Source: Camelus dromedarius (taxonomy: Eukaryota). From it: 64,000 bases of DNA. Location: positions 88,166,001-88,230,000 of the forward strand of contig NC_087436.1 of NCBI RefSeq assembly GCF_036321535.1, written 5' to 3'. Positions within the stretch are counted from its first letter, which is position 1. Every line of letters starts with the position of its first letter. Below the pieces are notes generated by a model, which made no database searches, was not told the DNA's origin, and was given only the letters and a program-made list of their open reading frames with translations. Below, one piece after another: positions 15,501 to 29,626 of the stretch. The position numbers were made by a program, and so were the translations under genes.

Positions 15501-15833
15501 GTACATAAGAAACACTTTTAAAGTATTCTCATTGTCAATGTGGGCCTGTTCAAATAAAAAGCCTCCAAAATTGACCATTTAAAATGAAAGCATTCTAATC
15601 TGTACTATTCACAGAAGTTACTGAAATTATTTCCATTACCCTGGCATAGTGTAGGACTTGGGTTGTTTTAAGGCGGTCGTGTGAAATGAGAGTCCTAATT
15701 CCAAAGATGATAAACAGATCAAGGATAAATAAGAAAATCTGCTTATCTGTGCTTTCTCACAAAGTGCATTTTCTAAATCAGTGTGTATATGTGAGTAAAA
15801 ATAATCTGTGTTAGAGGGCTTACACTGTTGTAA

Positions 15834-16118
<285 letters not shown>

Positions 16119-16239
16119 TGAATTCGTATTACAGTTACCTGATAAAGTTAGGGGTTTTGCCTAAAATCAGTACCTCAGATTTTAATATGCCCATTGATTT
16201 CTTTTAAACAAATTTTTTTTCCAAAGATAGTGAAATTTA

Positions 16240-16438
16240 TTTACTTATTTATTTAACAGACTGGAAGGGTTTTTGTAAATATTTTTTTGAATTGTGATTT
16301 GTTTGTTTATTTAGGGTTTTTGAGGGGGGGGGTAATTAGGTTTACTTCTTTATTTTTCGAAGGGGTACTGGGGGTTGAATCCAGGACCTTGTGCATGCTA
16401 AGCATGCACTCTGCCACTTGAGCTATACCCTCCCCTCT
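16240..16438 (-). mobile_element. tRNA-derived camelid-type SINE (Vic-1-like) with 16-bp TSD
   Basis: tRNA-like head with A/B boxes on the - strand; perfect TSD aagatagtgaaattta at 16224-16239 and 16439-16454. Confidence 0.9.
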
Positions 16439-17803
16439 AAGATAGTGAAATTTAAATTTACACTTTGACACTGTAGTACCGCTGGCACGTTATACAATGA
16501 CTAGTACAGATACCTCCCCTAAGGCAATTAGAATAAAACTTCAGAACAACTGATAAATTCTGGTGCAGGATGCTAGGCACCAGCAGGGATACCAATGAAA
16601 TATAAAGCCTGGTTCCTGCCTTCAAGGAATGTACCATCAGTATCATAAGACAGTTTATCATAACGTGTTAAATTCGTTGGCACTTTCATTACTATGTGGA
16701 GACCTTAACAATTTTAGCCAAGGTTGCTTCAACCCTAAATAACATGAGCTTACATTTATTGAGTACTGTCTACATGCCAGGCACTATGCTAAATGCTTCA
16801 CATTAAGTAATTCTTACAACAGACCTATATGCTTTAGCATTCTGTAGCCAGGGAAACCAAGGCAGAGAGAAATGCCATCATTTAAGTATTATTTTCTGAA
16901 CCACCTGCCAGCTTTCCTCCCTAAGCAAATTTTGTCCATCTTAGAAGACCAAGCTAAGTACATACACTCACCGCAGTTTTCCCAACTTCTCCAACCTCCA
17001 GTCTCTCCCTTCTGGAAGGTTAGTGCTTGTTAACTGGAGCATCTATTTACTTAAGTCTGTAGTTTTTGCATTGCTACTTGGTTTCCTATTCACAGTCTTT
17101 TCTTTCCAGAGATACAAATTTCTTGATGCCTGAGATTGTGGCTTATGGTTTTTTGTTTTTTTTTAATTAATCACAATGACATCTAACAGTGCTACACACA
17201 TACATGTAGGTACACATTAAGTATGTGTATAGTGATAGTACTATTAATACGTAGTCTAATTCATTGAGTGCTCTCTATGGGTCAGGTACTGTCTGGTTGT
17301 TTAAGGTGAATGAATATTCTTCAGTTTTGAAAAGATATTACCTGTGATGCATTTTGACTTTAATTAAAGTCAGATGGCAGCTGATAGCCAAAGAGAGTAA
17401 ACTGCTTTTACTGAAAGTTTCTTCCAGGTAGAACTTAGCTTTAGAAGAGCTAATTCTTCAGATATGTGGTGACCTTATTTCCAAGGACGTACAGCATGTA
17501 TTCCTTGTGTCTTTTGTAATGAAAGAAATCTCAGGAATAGGGAGATGAATGGCATGTACCATTTAGTTTCTTTTTTCAGTAATACTATTTTGTAAACCTT
17601 TGAGCATTTTTAGAAATGACCATGTTTGCTAAAGAAGTGCCTAAAAACAAGGATTTACAGATCAGTTTTTAGAATTCTATATATCACTAAAATAATAGTT
17701 TTAAAATAAAAGGTTGCTCTAATTATATATTATGCTTTTTCACTTAAAGATGAAAAATGGCTGCATATGAAATACTAACATTTTTCTTATGTTTTCTCCA
17801 TAG

Positions 17804-17953
17804 TCAATTCAAAGAAAGTTTGGAGACATAACTAATGAGGCAGTCAGCTTTCTTGGTGAGAGTCTGCAGCGCATTGGTACCAAATTTAAAAGCTCACTGG
17901 AAGTGATGATGATGTGTTCAGAATGCCCAACAGTCTTTGTGGATGCTGAAACG
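17804..17953 (+). CDS. FRYL: FRYL coding exon (SIQRKFGDI...ECPTVFVDAET)
   Basis: ctccatag| and ACG|gtaagt; 150 nt. Confidence 0.95.
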
Positions 17954-18643
17954 GTAAGTTTTTATATGAGGGCTTATTATAAAAACTCAATTTGAATGGC
18001 ATCATTCAGTAAATGATTTTTTTAAAGGTAATTCAGAATTTTAAAGTGTAAAGGTTCGTATTTTCAATTTGATTGTAACTATCTAGCAAAATACAATTCC
18101 AGTTTATTATATGTGGTGACTTGGGACTGTTTCTGATTCTGGCCTCTCGCTACCCTCTCCTGCCACAGAGTCCTAGCTGGGGAAGCTAAGAGTTGTGCTC
18201 CAGAGACATGTACTTTTCCCTGACTCCTGAATAAAGGCGGGTAGGAGAGGGCTAGACCTCCCCCCACAAAGAACCCAGAACTCCTTAGTCTTCCTCACTT
18301 GTTTCCAAGCATATTTGTAGATTATATATTAAGATATTTTAAAAATTAAGGTTTAAAAAGCCTCCAGGGTGTTACTTTTAAGGTATATACTGGTCTGACC
18401 TGTCATTTTTGGCTGATCCAGTTTTTGAAATCATTTGAAGGCATGCTTAGACTGGCAGACATCCCTGAAATCGCACTGCATTCTTCTGTTTCAGTGAAAG
18501 GTCAGCCCTGAGTTGGGGGCAGCGTGCAGTAGGGGATGCTGGCTTAAGCTGGGCTGGAAACCAACTAACCCATGACCCCAAAGTTTTCAGTCTCATGATT
18601 GTGATCAGAAATGATGACCTGGATCCCTTTGTTTCTAATTTGA

Positions 18644-18817
<174 letters not shown>

Positions 18818-19904
18818 TGAGATGGAGAACCGGACCTGTTAGCACTTGCCTCAGAGTTACACTGAGAGTGGTGGGACCTCGGAGCTCTCTGTCCAGTAAA
18901 TTCCTATCTTTAGCTTTTAGAAATTGGCCCTCTAAGAGCCTAGGAGCCCAACGGAAAACTAGCTCTATAAAAAGCATCTGTGTGGAGACTATGTCAACAT
19001 TGTCAACATTGCAAGCAGAGATATAAAAGCAGTATTTCTCTGAGAAGTACTTAATGATGTCCTGGTCCAGAAAATCTGCGACCTATGACGAAGCTGTGAT
19101 CGTTTTCCTGTGATGTGTACGTGTACGTGTGCAAGTGCTAAGACGTCTCCAAAGGGAGAAACAAGCATGTAGTCGATTACAGATGTTACCTGCAAAGAAA
19201 TGTTTAACTCCAGTCTGGCACTGCAAAGCACAGTAGTTCTGTTCCCTGAGAGTAAATCCACTATGTTTTCAATTGACAGGGGCAGAAAAACTTAAAGAAA
19301 AAAAAAATACTTCTCCTTTTCACACAAACTGCATACAGTACAGGCATTTTTCCCCTAGACTAGGAAGTGGTCTTTTACTAATAAGTATTAAATATCTATC
19401 ACATGTGAAGGCCTATGAAAAATGAAGTGTAAAAAAACCTGGTTCTTATTCTCTAAATATTCTAGATGGGAATATAAAGCACAAATACTGTGCATGAGGA
19501 ATTAGTAACAAAATTAGAGTCACTTCAATTACAGCAATAATTAAAATTATTTGCGATGAAAGGCACTTCTCGAAATCATACAGACCTAACAGAGAATGGA
19601 CACAGACCAAACGCTATGATTTCCAGGGAGAGGTCACTTTTGGCTAATAGGAAAACTTCATGGACTAGAGATACGACCTTAGTCCTTAAAAGATGGTCAT
19701 TTTAGATTGGGAGATTATCTTTGAGACAGAATATTATATGAGAAAACACTTGTTAAGGCTTTCTCCCCTTATAAGAGGAAATCTTGTATCTGGACTGAAA
19801 GAGGAAGGACAGATTGGAGAAGAGGAAAGAGTTTTCAGCTGGTCATCTTACAAATACTATTGCTGTGCACCTTCTTATACATGTGTTTTATGTATGTCTG
19901 TTCA

Positions 19905-20465
19905 CAGACCTCTTGAGCATCCATCCAGGAGGGGAATTCCTGGGTCAGAGCGTATACATATGTTCAACTTTGGTAGATTCTGCCAAGCAGTTTCCTAAAA
20001 GAGGTTGTATCAGTTTACAGTCCCATCAGAAGTGTGCACAGGAGTTACCATTGCTTAGTACCATTGCCACCGCTTGATATGGCCAGCTTTTAACATTTTG
20101 GTCCTTCTGGTGGGTGTGAGGTGGTTTTTCAGTGATGCTATTTTACATTCCTCTCGTGACTGAGCACCTTTTCATAGAGATATCTTTGTTTAGCTATTTT
20201 GTGAACTGTAGCTTAAGTACTTTACCCGTTTTTGTAAATGAGGTATTTGTGGTTTTCTTACTGATTTGTAGTTCTTCATTCTAAACATAAGCCTTTTGTT
20301 GGGTATATGTATTACAAATTTTTCCCTTCTCTGCAGCTAGCACTTTCACTATGTTAACAGCATTTTTTGATGAATGGAAGTTTTTAATTTAATTAGGTCC
20401 AAGTTATCAGTCTTTTCTATCATGGTTAGTACCTTTTGTGTCTTCAGAAATCTTTGCCTATCCTA
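19905..20465 (-). mobile_element. Old L1 ORF2 3' fragment
   Basis: Decayed L1M-type motifs (ctgggtcagag...gaggttgtatcagtttacagtcccatcag...gagcaccttttcat). Confidence 0.7.
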
Positions 20466-20470
20466 GAAGC

Positions 20471-20994
20471 TGTGGTGGACTGCTCCGTTAATAACCCTCA
20501 TGAATCACGCTCCTCTGTGTCCACATCTCTATGCAATATGACTTCGCTGTTCCTCCCAGCAAGAGATGGAGTCTGTTTTCCCACCTCTTAAGTCTAGGAT
20601 GGCCTTATGACTTGTTCTGACCAGTCAAATTCAGAAGTGATACTGTGCAACTTCTGAGACTAGCACTTAAGAGGCCCTTTGCAGCTTCTACTTTTGCCAT
20701 CATGCCTGTCAGAGTGTAAACTGGGACACACTCTGGAAAACTAGTCTGCTGGAGGATGAGAGGCCATATGGAGGAGAATGGAGGCATCCAGCTGACCACT
20801 AGCCCACCGGGAAACACATAAGGCCAGCTTTCAGCCTGGGAACTTCCCCAGTTAAGCCATCAGATGACTGCAGACTCATGAGAGAGCCTAGGCAAGTCCA
20901 GAAGAATCTACCAGCCAACACATAGATTTGTCTTGTTTTAGGAAGCCATTACCTTTTAGGGTGGCTGGTTATACAGCAATAGATACCACTTACA
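20471..20994 (+). mobile_element. MaLR LTR (MLT1G/H-like)
   Basis: tgtggt start; ends ggttatacagcaatagataccacttaca; internal gagatggagtctgttttcccacc. Confidence 0.7.
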
Positions 20995-20999
20995 AGAGG

Positions 21000-21700
21000 A
21001 GAACGTCAGTTACCTACAAATAAGTCTAGCCAAAGATGTGCTAAACCTCCACACAGAAAATTTCAAATCTTACTAAGAGAAATTAAAGGCCACCTAAATA
21101 AATGGAGGGCCATACCGTGTTCGTAAGTCAGAAGACTCAACAATGTAAAGAGTCATTTTCCCCCAAAATGATCTGAAGATTTACTGCAATCTCATTCAGA
21201 ATTTCAGGTGGTACACAAGTGGAAATTGACAGTCTGATTACAATCTTGAATACAGATCAGGAAACTATAGCCCTCAGGTCATATCTGGCCCCCTGCCTGT
21301 TTCTGTAAATAAAAAATTTTTGAAACTTTGCCATCCCGTTTGTTTACATTATTGGCTATGGCTATTTTTGTACTGCAACACAGAATTAAATAGTTGCAAC
21401 ACCTACAATATTTACTGTCTGCCGTTGACAGAAAGTCTTCCAAATCTTGTCCAAGAAGAGCAACAACAAGGTCTGAACCTACAGCCAGTAAACCTGCTAA
21501 AAATCTCAAAAGAGTGTAGTGCTGGCATAAGAACAGACAAACAGACCAGTGGAACATAACAGACCCACACATATATAATCATAATTTACAGCAAAGGCAA
21601 GCTATTGCAATGCAATGGGAAAAGAGTATTCTTTTCAGTAAATTGTGCTGAATCAATTAAATATTCACATGGGAGAGAAAAATGAACTTGATCCTTCCTG
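21000..21700 (+). mobile_element. Old L1 ORF2 fragment interrupted by a MER58A-like hAT MITE (~21255-21450)
   Basis: agagaaattaaaggccacctaaataaatggaggg (decayed L1 ORF2); MER58-like aaactatagccc...ctgcctgtttctgtaaataaa. Confidence 0.7.
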
Positions 21701-24044
21701 AGCTACCATCTATTTCTTGTCCCATCTAATCTGTTACTTTTCCCCTCCTTTCTTAACTTCTTTTCTATCAGCCAAGTATTTTTCACTATTCAGTTTTTCC
21801 CCTCTTAATAGTTTTTTAGTTACACATTCTTTTATTATTCCTGAGTCTTCCAAGGATCACAAGTGAAAGCCTGGGGCTTTTATCAGGACCCCACTCTCTT
21901 GGCAGGACTTGAACAATTTTTGTCTCCCCAGCACCATAAGACCAGAAATCTCTGCTTACCTCTTCAGCTTCCCAGATGCTGCTACCTGGTTTCTTAGCCT
22001 CTCCCCGTACACATGATAAAAACAGGAACAAGTGCCCCGAGGGAAGACTGCAGACAGGTAGCTCCCTTCTCTGCAGTCCCCGCTGCTCCAGGATCTTGGC
22101 CCTCAGTGTCTCACTGTCTGTGATCGCCCGTTTTCCCCACGCAGTGAAACTGCCGGCCACTAGCTTCTGTTCAGCTGGTTTGCCTGTGGACATGAAAGCA
22201 CACCTCCTAGAGTAAATGCAGGGATCCACGTGGGCGCCCTTCCGTACTTCTAACTGCCTAAATCCTGGCGGATGGTATTCTGCTTCCATAGCTGTCCTTG
22301 GAGGACTGGCCTCAAACCAGCTACTCCATCACACCCAGAAGTTGAACTTCTCCAGTTAGAGTTTAACCTTTATTTGAGCCTTGAGTTAAAAAAAAAAAAA
22401 AAAGAAAAAAAAACCCATCATGACAGTAAGACTGATTACATGTGAACTGGAGCCTGTTCAATACACAGACTGTCTACTGTATCTTGTCTACACTGGCTGG
22501 GAAGGTGTGGACCTGTACTTTCCAGGCCAATGTGCAGCCACAAGACAGTAGGGTTGGGGGCTTGTCTTTTAACCGAATAAAAATCAGAAATAATTGTGTT
22601 GACTAGTAACCCCCAAATGCCATATCACTAGGCATACAGTACAAAAAATTATATTTAGTAAGAATAAGCCACTAAATAAATCAATTAAATTTTTTTTCAA
22701 ATTTATCAGTATACTTGGACAGACTGGGCCAATGTGTATAAACATTTTAAGATTTTGTGTAACTAAAGCTCAGTGTACAAATTCCATGATAGATGTCAGC
22801 TGAATTTTGCTGATACAAAGAAATCTGCTGGATAGCTTTTGACAATTGCTGCAGGCAGCTGTATCTCACTAGGAAAGCTTAACATGTTTTTCTTCCGAGA
22901 TGCTGTCAAGCAAAGAGCCTAAGTGCCCTTGCAGGCTGAGGGACCGGGATGAAAGGGACATAAGGTCAAAGAGATTGTTTTGAAATAACTGAGACGTCTA
23001 CTTGTCATTCTTTGCATGCAGAACGTTAAGCTACAATTGAGAATTTCAAATATCTAGTATTGAAATATTTTCAAAGAGTAAGCAATGTAGCTGGTAGTTT
23101 TTCTCAAAGTCTGAATGAAAAAATGTCCTAATGATTTATTATATATTTAGACATATGTTAATTGTATTACGTTTCATCTATCACACAAAAAAAGAACTAA
23201 GGAAGTCACAATAACTGATAGTATTAATAATATCAAACTATCAAAATCTAGGAGCTTAATTTGAAGACCCCTAGCTTTTACTTCAGCTTGGAAATTCTGT
23301 GACTCCAGTGTTTTTTCCCCTTTAAACCACAATGCTATTATTTTCTTTTTATTTGACCAAGAAAAAGGTCCTTTAAATAAATATCTGTCTTTAGGACTAG
23401 CCCCTGGATAAGGAAAAACCATATTTGGCTTCTGTGTCCAATATTCTTTGGAGATAACATGTTTGTCATTCATTACTGCCCAAAAAGAAAAAAAGTAACA
23501 AAATAAGATTTAAAATGGATTTTAGTTTGTTTCATTAATTAAAACTGACACTAGTCTTCTGAGAATTACACTTCTGATAAGCAAACAGACCTGGCTGATT
23601 CTCTAAGTTGCCTTTATTAAATCGACAGAGGAAGCGCAATCTCATTTCCCCATCTTACATTAGACAAAGGTCAGGTATAGGCTGTGAAGATTTCCAATAA
23701 AATCTACAAAATGAAGAATATTCTTTACTGAAGTAGAATGTAAAGTAGAATGTTCTTTACTGAACTCAGGTCCCTGGAAGAGATGACAGCTGACTGTGTT
23801 TCTGTTAGTAAACTGTCACCACTGTGTGCATGTAGTCACACTGACAGTCTCCCTGTTTTGTTTTTTGTGTATAAATGATTCGGCTCAAATGGGGATGAAA
23901 GTCTATGTCTACAGCCAGTCCTAGAAATTCAAGTTCACTTTTAATAAGTTTGTTGTTTTATATGTGCAGGCTGTTAATAGTACCAGTTTCACTGTGCATT
24001 GTACAATTGCTGTATTAAAATTTACTGTTAACTTGTTTCTTTAG

Positions 24045-24113
24045 TGGTTAGACAACTGTAAGAGGACATTCGGTGCCAAAGAAGACGTGTATAGGATAAA
24101 CACAGATGCACAA
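24045..24113 (+). CDS. FRYL: FRYL coding exon (WLDNCKRTFGAKEDVYRINTDAQ)
   Basis: ttctttag| and CAA|gtaagt; 69 nt. Confidence 0.93.
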
Positions 24114-25524
24114 GTAAGTTTCTTAGTCTTTGTTTTGCTGTATTTCTGTATCAGGTAAAATAATGTGTGTGCTCAAATGACCTTATTTGATACTTCTAGA
24201 AATAAAGACTATTTGTAACACTTCATTTTTGTTATCAGAACAACCTTTGTAAAAGTTAGGTTTCATGAAATATTGGTTTAGTAATGAAAAATTCACTTTA
24301 ATAAAAGTGAACAGCCAGCTTATGACTGAAGCTTAATAACATTCAATAGATAAGCTCGATGGCTATCTGGAGAGTCCAAGTTGGCTTTTAGTTGCATCTG
24401 CCTCTTTAAAAAATTTTTCATTCTGTATTAGTATTCTACAGATAAATTGTCTGGACAGGAAGGCAACCCTGAGAAATGTTACATACATTCATATTAGCCT
24501 TTCCAAAGGTGAAAATCTGATTGGATAAATTGTTTTTTGCTACTATGAAATTCAGTGAAAATAACAGTAATATATTTTCTTAGAGAAAAGTGCATGTATA
24601 TGACACATACATTAAGTGAGGATAAATTAAGACGTACACATTATTCTAATAGAAGTGCAACTTCACGTGGGGAAGAGGTATTACTCAGTTAACCACCTCT
24701 GCATTTGACATCAGAATTCTAATCTTTTTCAACATCAGATTGTTAGATTTTTAGTCACTGTAAGAGTTATTGTGCTATTATAATAAGTTTGAAATTTTAA
24801 ACAACTGAAATGTTTAGAAAATAATAACAATAAATGTTAACATTTGACAGGCATCGTGCTGAGCATTTCACTTTATCTCTGTCCTTACAACTCTGTCTAC
24901 TAGATGCTATAATTACCCTATTATGCAGATGAGGATAAATAATAAACAACCAATAAATATTTTAAAATAAATGAGGAGAGAATGTAAGTGCAAATTTAAA
25001 CTGCGGCTCAGAGAAGCTAATTTATCTAAAATCAGTAGGTAAATAGAATTAAGATTCAAACCGAGGGGGGAAAAGTCAGAACTAGGAAGGCTAACTCCAA
25101 ATCCTGCTCTGTTACAAAGAAATTATCAAATCATCTGTGTAAAGAAAGAAACAAGGCAAAATAAGGAATTAACCCCAGACTAGAATTAGATCCTTTGGTT
25201 CTAATTTTGTCTTTGCCACTATGGCTTAAGCCAGTGACATAAACTGCTCTTCTCATACGTAAATTAGGTGGTTAGACTAAGTGATTTCTTCTATCCCTTC
25301 TACCTTGAAGAAAATGAGTTCCATGTCTAGAAGTCTGGGTCAATTAACACAGCTTGAGGGTTTCTACTAAGTGAAAACTAAACACTCTGTACATTTAAGA
25401 CTTCCATTTATATCTTAGCTCTCCTTTCATATTTAGCTCCTTGAGAGCGGGGGTCACTTTTTACACATTATGTACTATCTTTCCCTGTATACCAGTGTAG
25501 TCATTTGCATTAGTAAGCAATAAA

Positions 25525-25604
25525 TTTTTTTTCCCCTTAATGGAGGCACTGGGGACGGAACCCAGGACTTTGTGCAAGCACATGCTATAACTCCCCTGCC
25601 CCCG
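25525..25604 (-). mobile_element. Degenerate camelid-type SINE
   Basis: aatggaggcactggggacggaacccaggac resembles the other SINE copies in this window. Confidence 0.7.
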
Positions 25605-26933
25605 CAAAAATATTTTTAAAAATGAAAAAAAAAAATGAAAAGACTATATACAAATTAAAGTACACTTAAAAAGCAGTATTTTTAAATGTACACTGTTAGC
25701 ATATTTAGCATGATTTCTGGTAACTCAGAGCTATGAAATTATGTTTGTTTTATTTCCTACAATTGTGACCATAAATTTTAACAGTAATTTCTTTTCCATT
25801 ACATCCCAAAGTAGAAGCTATGGATATATACATGTAGAGTCAGTTTTTATATTAATAGAAATGGGAAGAAAGTATTTAAAAGTCAAATAGTTGTTAGTGT
25901 TCATACAAAACCTCGGGAATTTAGATATGCTAATATGGTTGACACTGGGTTGTGCTCAACTAACGTCCACAGAATGACCATCTACATAATTTATGGTAAG
26001 CAGTGCAGAGCTAAAGTTCACCTTTGCTTAGCAAATCCCTTCTAAATTGATAGGAATAAATGTTTTATAAATAGTTTTACAGAAAAAAACTATTTAGAAA
26101 GCAGGCTTCAAAAAGGACTTTTAGACTATATTTACATTACTGTGATTGCAGTTTTAATCAGAAGTCATTCTTCTCCATTAATGAGACTACGTCTAAGTTG
26201 CTGTAGAAATTTTAATGTAATAATTTTTAAATGGTACATAAACCATGTATTTTACATTATCTCGCTTGATTCAAACCTGAATTTCTGAGGTTTACTAAAT
26301 TACATTTGGAATGCAATTTAAAACACACATCTGCTCTCAATATTTTACCTTCTGATTCAGCACTAATTATGGCAACTTAGGACTTAATTAGTAAAGGGTG
26401 GGAAACCTAGAATGAGTCACACCAGAGATAATCTTCTCATGGGCAAGTATTTATTATATAAAATTATAAGCCAATTCTTTTCTGAGAAGTAAGTGATTCA
26501 TTTCTTATTTTCTTATTAGAGTTTTCCACTTTACTAATGGAAATTTTGTTACATTTGGCTTTTTTTTTTTTTTTTTTTTTTTTGGAAAGGCTATAAAAAC
26601 CTAGGTAGAAGACCACTTTCAATGGCCAACTTTTCAACATCCCTTTAGTTTGATTTTATTCTTTGGAGCTTTTGCTCAAGAAATAAACTGTAGCCTAAAT
26701 GTAATTTAGCTATTATTTGGCAAAGAGTTTTAAAAAACACCCTGGATTGTTACAGTAAATGTCTAAAAAGTTTTATTCTGGAAATAGCATCATAAATTTT
26801 TCTTTGCGGTGTAATTAAATGTTCTTCAGTTTGCCTGGGACATCTGTGACCCTAGTTAAAATGACTTCTTACACTAATTCTTGGTCTTTTTCTTCCTTTG
26901 TATTTTTTGTGACCTGATCACCTTCTTGCTTAG

Positions 26934-26951
26934 CAAATGGAAATTCTAGCA
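26934..26951 (+). CDS. FRYL: FRYL 18-nt alternative microexon (QMEILA)
   Basis: Long pyrimidine tract, cttcttgcttag|CAAATGGAAATTCTAGCA|gtaagt; frame preserving. Confidence 0.8.
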
Positions 26952-27731
26952 GTAAGTGACCTGTCTTAATTTATAGACTATTTATCCATGTCAGACAAAC
27001 TGGTTTTCATTTGCCGTTTGTGACCTAGCAATGTTTTGTCATGGACTGCTTTAAAAGTAGTGTGTGCTTCAGTTCTGTGTAGCCCTAATCCATGAAATGT
27101 TTTAGTCCTACAAAGAAAATGAGGTTTTATAATTAATATGTACAACCAGCAGTTGCCTTTTTGCACATCTCTAACATATATTTTAAACTTAATTTAAAAA
27201 AATTCAATTGTATTTGTTAATTTCATTGTCTTATTTCAATGAGATTACAAAGTGGCTTTTCTTTTTAGAAAAATGAATTCATTTTTAAGAAAAATGATTC
27301 TTACTTTTTAGGTGAGAGGTTATCCAGAGTTTTATTTTTTGCTTTATCAAGTATTTGTTGATAAATGCAATGAGATGTACATCTCAAAGTGGCAAGAGAA
27401 TATGCAAATTCCTTTCATCATGAATTTAAAGTTTTAAGTTCTAGTGAATCCTTTTTAAAGCATTCTCTTTCTTGCCTGATGAAAAATTCTATTTATCTAA
27501 TTGAAAATGTGCTTCACACTAAGAATGAATTATGTAACTAATCTTTACATTTTTATTTTAATCCCAGTCTTCAGAGCATCTTTCATGTATCTTTCATCAA
27601 CTTCACACCATATTAACTTGCTTACTGCAGAAAAATAAATGCCAGGGCCATTTTAACATAATCATTTACTTATAAATTCTTATTAGAAATATGCTATCTA
27701 GTCAAATATGGAAAATAGTACTTACATTTAA

Positions 27732-27878
<147 letters not shown>

Positions 27879-28850
27879 TAGTAGGTATCTGTAACTGATT
27901 CTAAAAACTTATAATATATACATATATATTCCTTATAGGAGCACTTAAGTTAAAAGTGGCTTATGGGTGAATCTTTTTTATTTTCTTCCAGCTAAGCATT
28001 ATCAGTTTTTTAAATGATGTGCTATTTCAGGACCTATTAGTAAATCTGACAGCAGATATTCAGCAGTAAAAGGCTCAAGACCTTAAGGGTTAAGTAGCAG
28101 CAGTGGATCATCTGTAATCAAAAATCAAGCACATATCAATTCAATAAAGACAAAATTGTATCATGAAACCCCATGACCTCTTGTCCACATAGTATTTCTC
28201 TGGCTCTAGTAATGCACACAAGAATAAGTAAGAACACTGTGAATGTAGAAATCATGCAATGAATAGACTTGAAGATAGGGACTTTAGTCTCCCTCCCCCT
28301 TGTCAATTGCTGGTAGCAAAATTATCACTGAGGAAATCATTTCACTTTCTAAAATGGTTAAATTTATTTAAAAAAAAAATACAAACACGACTGGTTTATA
28401 CAAATACCCTGGGTAAATAACCTTTTCAAATATAAAGACCCTCATTACTGTCAAAAATTTTTTTCATCATGCTCCCACATTTCCAAGCCTACTGTTACAA
28501 AAAAAAAAATGTATTTTTACTATCCAAGGTGAAATATATATCACATGTTAAAACCAATATAAACATTGGTTGCAAACTGTTGTTTTACATATTACAATGT
28601 AACATTTATCACATTTAAGACAACCTGTTTTATCAACAGTATTTAAAGACTACTATTGGGTGGCTAAAATTCTTTATCCCAACTGAATAGAGAACTTGAA
28701 ATATTAACTGCCTGTAACAACTGAGCTTAACAATTGAAGATAATCTTTAAGAGAAAATACCACCATCAGATGTGTCTTCATGGCCAATTAAATGCTCTTT
28801 TTGTTAGAGTGTCCACATTCATCCTTTTAAGGCATATCTATTTGTTTTAG

Positions 28851-29041
28851 GTCTTCAACATGTCAGAGGAACTTGCCCAACTGGAAAGTATCCTCAAAGA
28901 AGCTGAGTCTGCCTCAGAAAACGAAGAAATTGACATTTCCAAAGCTGCGCAAACTACTATAGAAACTGCCATTCATTCTTTAATTGAAACTTTGAAAAAC
29001 AAGGAATTTATATCAGCTGTAGCACAAGTCAAAGCTTTCAG
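28851..29041 (+). CDS. FRYL: FRYL penultimate coding exon (VFNMSEELAQLE...QVKAF)
   Basis: gttttag| and CAG|gtaaaa; 191 nt; ends in phase 2. Confidence 0.95.
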
Positions 29042-29367
29042 GTAAAATGTGAAGGGATTTAGAGGAGATGCTTGTATCCCCAGCTGGGAGTTTACAATGA
29101 TTTGGGTTTGGTTTTCAATTTGATGTTTCAATATTATATCTTCGTGAAAGGAAAACCTGACTTTATTTCATACAGTTTGATGCCAGTTTTAGATTTTGTT
29201 CATTCTCTGTGATACTTTCAGTAATATCTGCTCAAATATTAAAACGGATCCTCAGTGATTCATAAGGAAATTTTGTTGTTATTTTTATAGGTATTAACTT
29301 CAAAGTAGTTCATCTTAACCAATAATTGCTTTGAGTCTCAGGACTTAAAAATACTGTGTATTTTCAG

Positions 29368-29626
29368 ATCTCTGTGGCCCAATGACATCTTCGGCAGTTG
29401 TGAAGATGACCCTGTCCAGACGCTGTTACACATCTATTTCCATCACCAGACGCTGGGCCAGACGGGAAGCTTTGCAGTCATCGGCTCTGACCTGGACATG
29501 TCAGAAGCCAACTACAAATTGATGGAACTTAATCTGGAAATAAGAGAGTCTCTACGCATGGTGCAATCATACCAGCTCCTAGCACAGGCCAAACCAATTG
29601 GAAATTTGGTGAGCACTGGATTCTGA
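29368..29626 (+). CDS. FRYL: FRYL terminal coding exon (RSLWPNDIFG...NLVSTGF*)
   Basis: ttttcag| acceptor; first base completes an AG|A Arg codon; TGA stop at 29624-29626. Confidence 0.96.

Noticed and set aside
21816..22289. 157-aa minus-strand ORF in a FRYL intron
   Set aside because: No recognisable protein motif; lies next to decayed L1 sequence.
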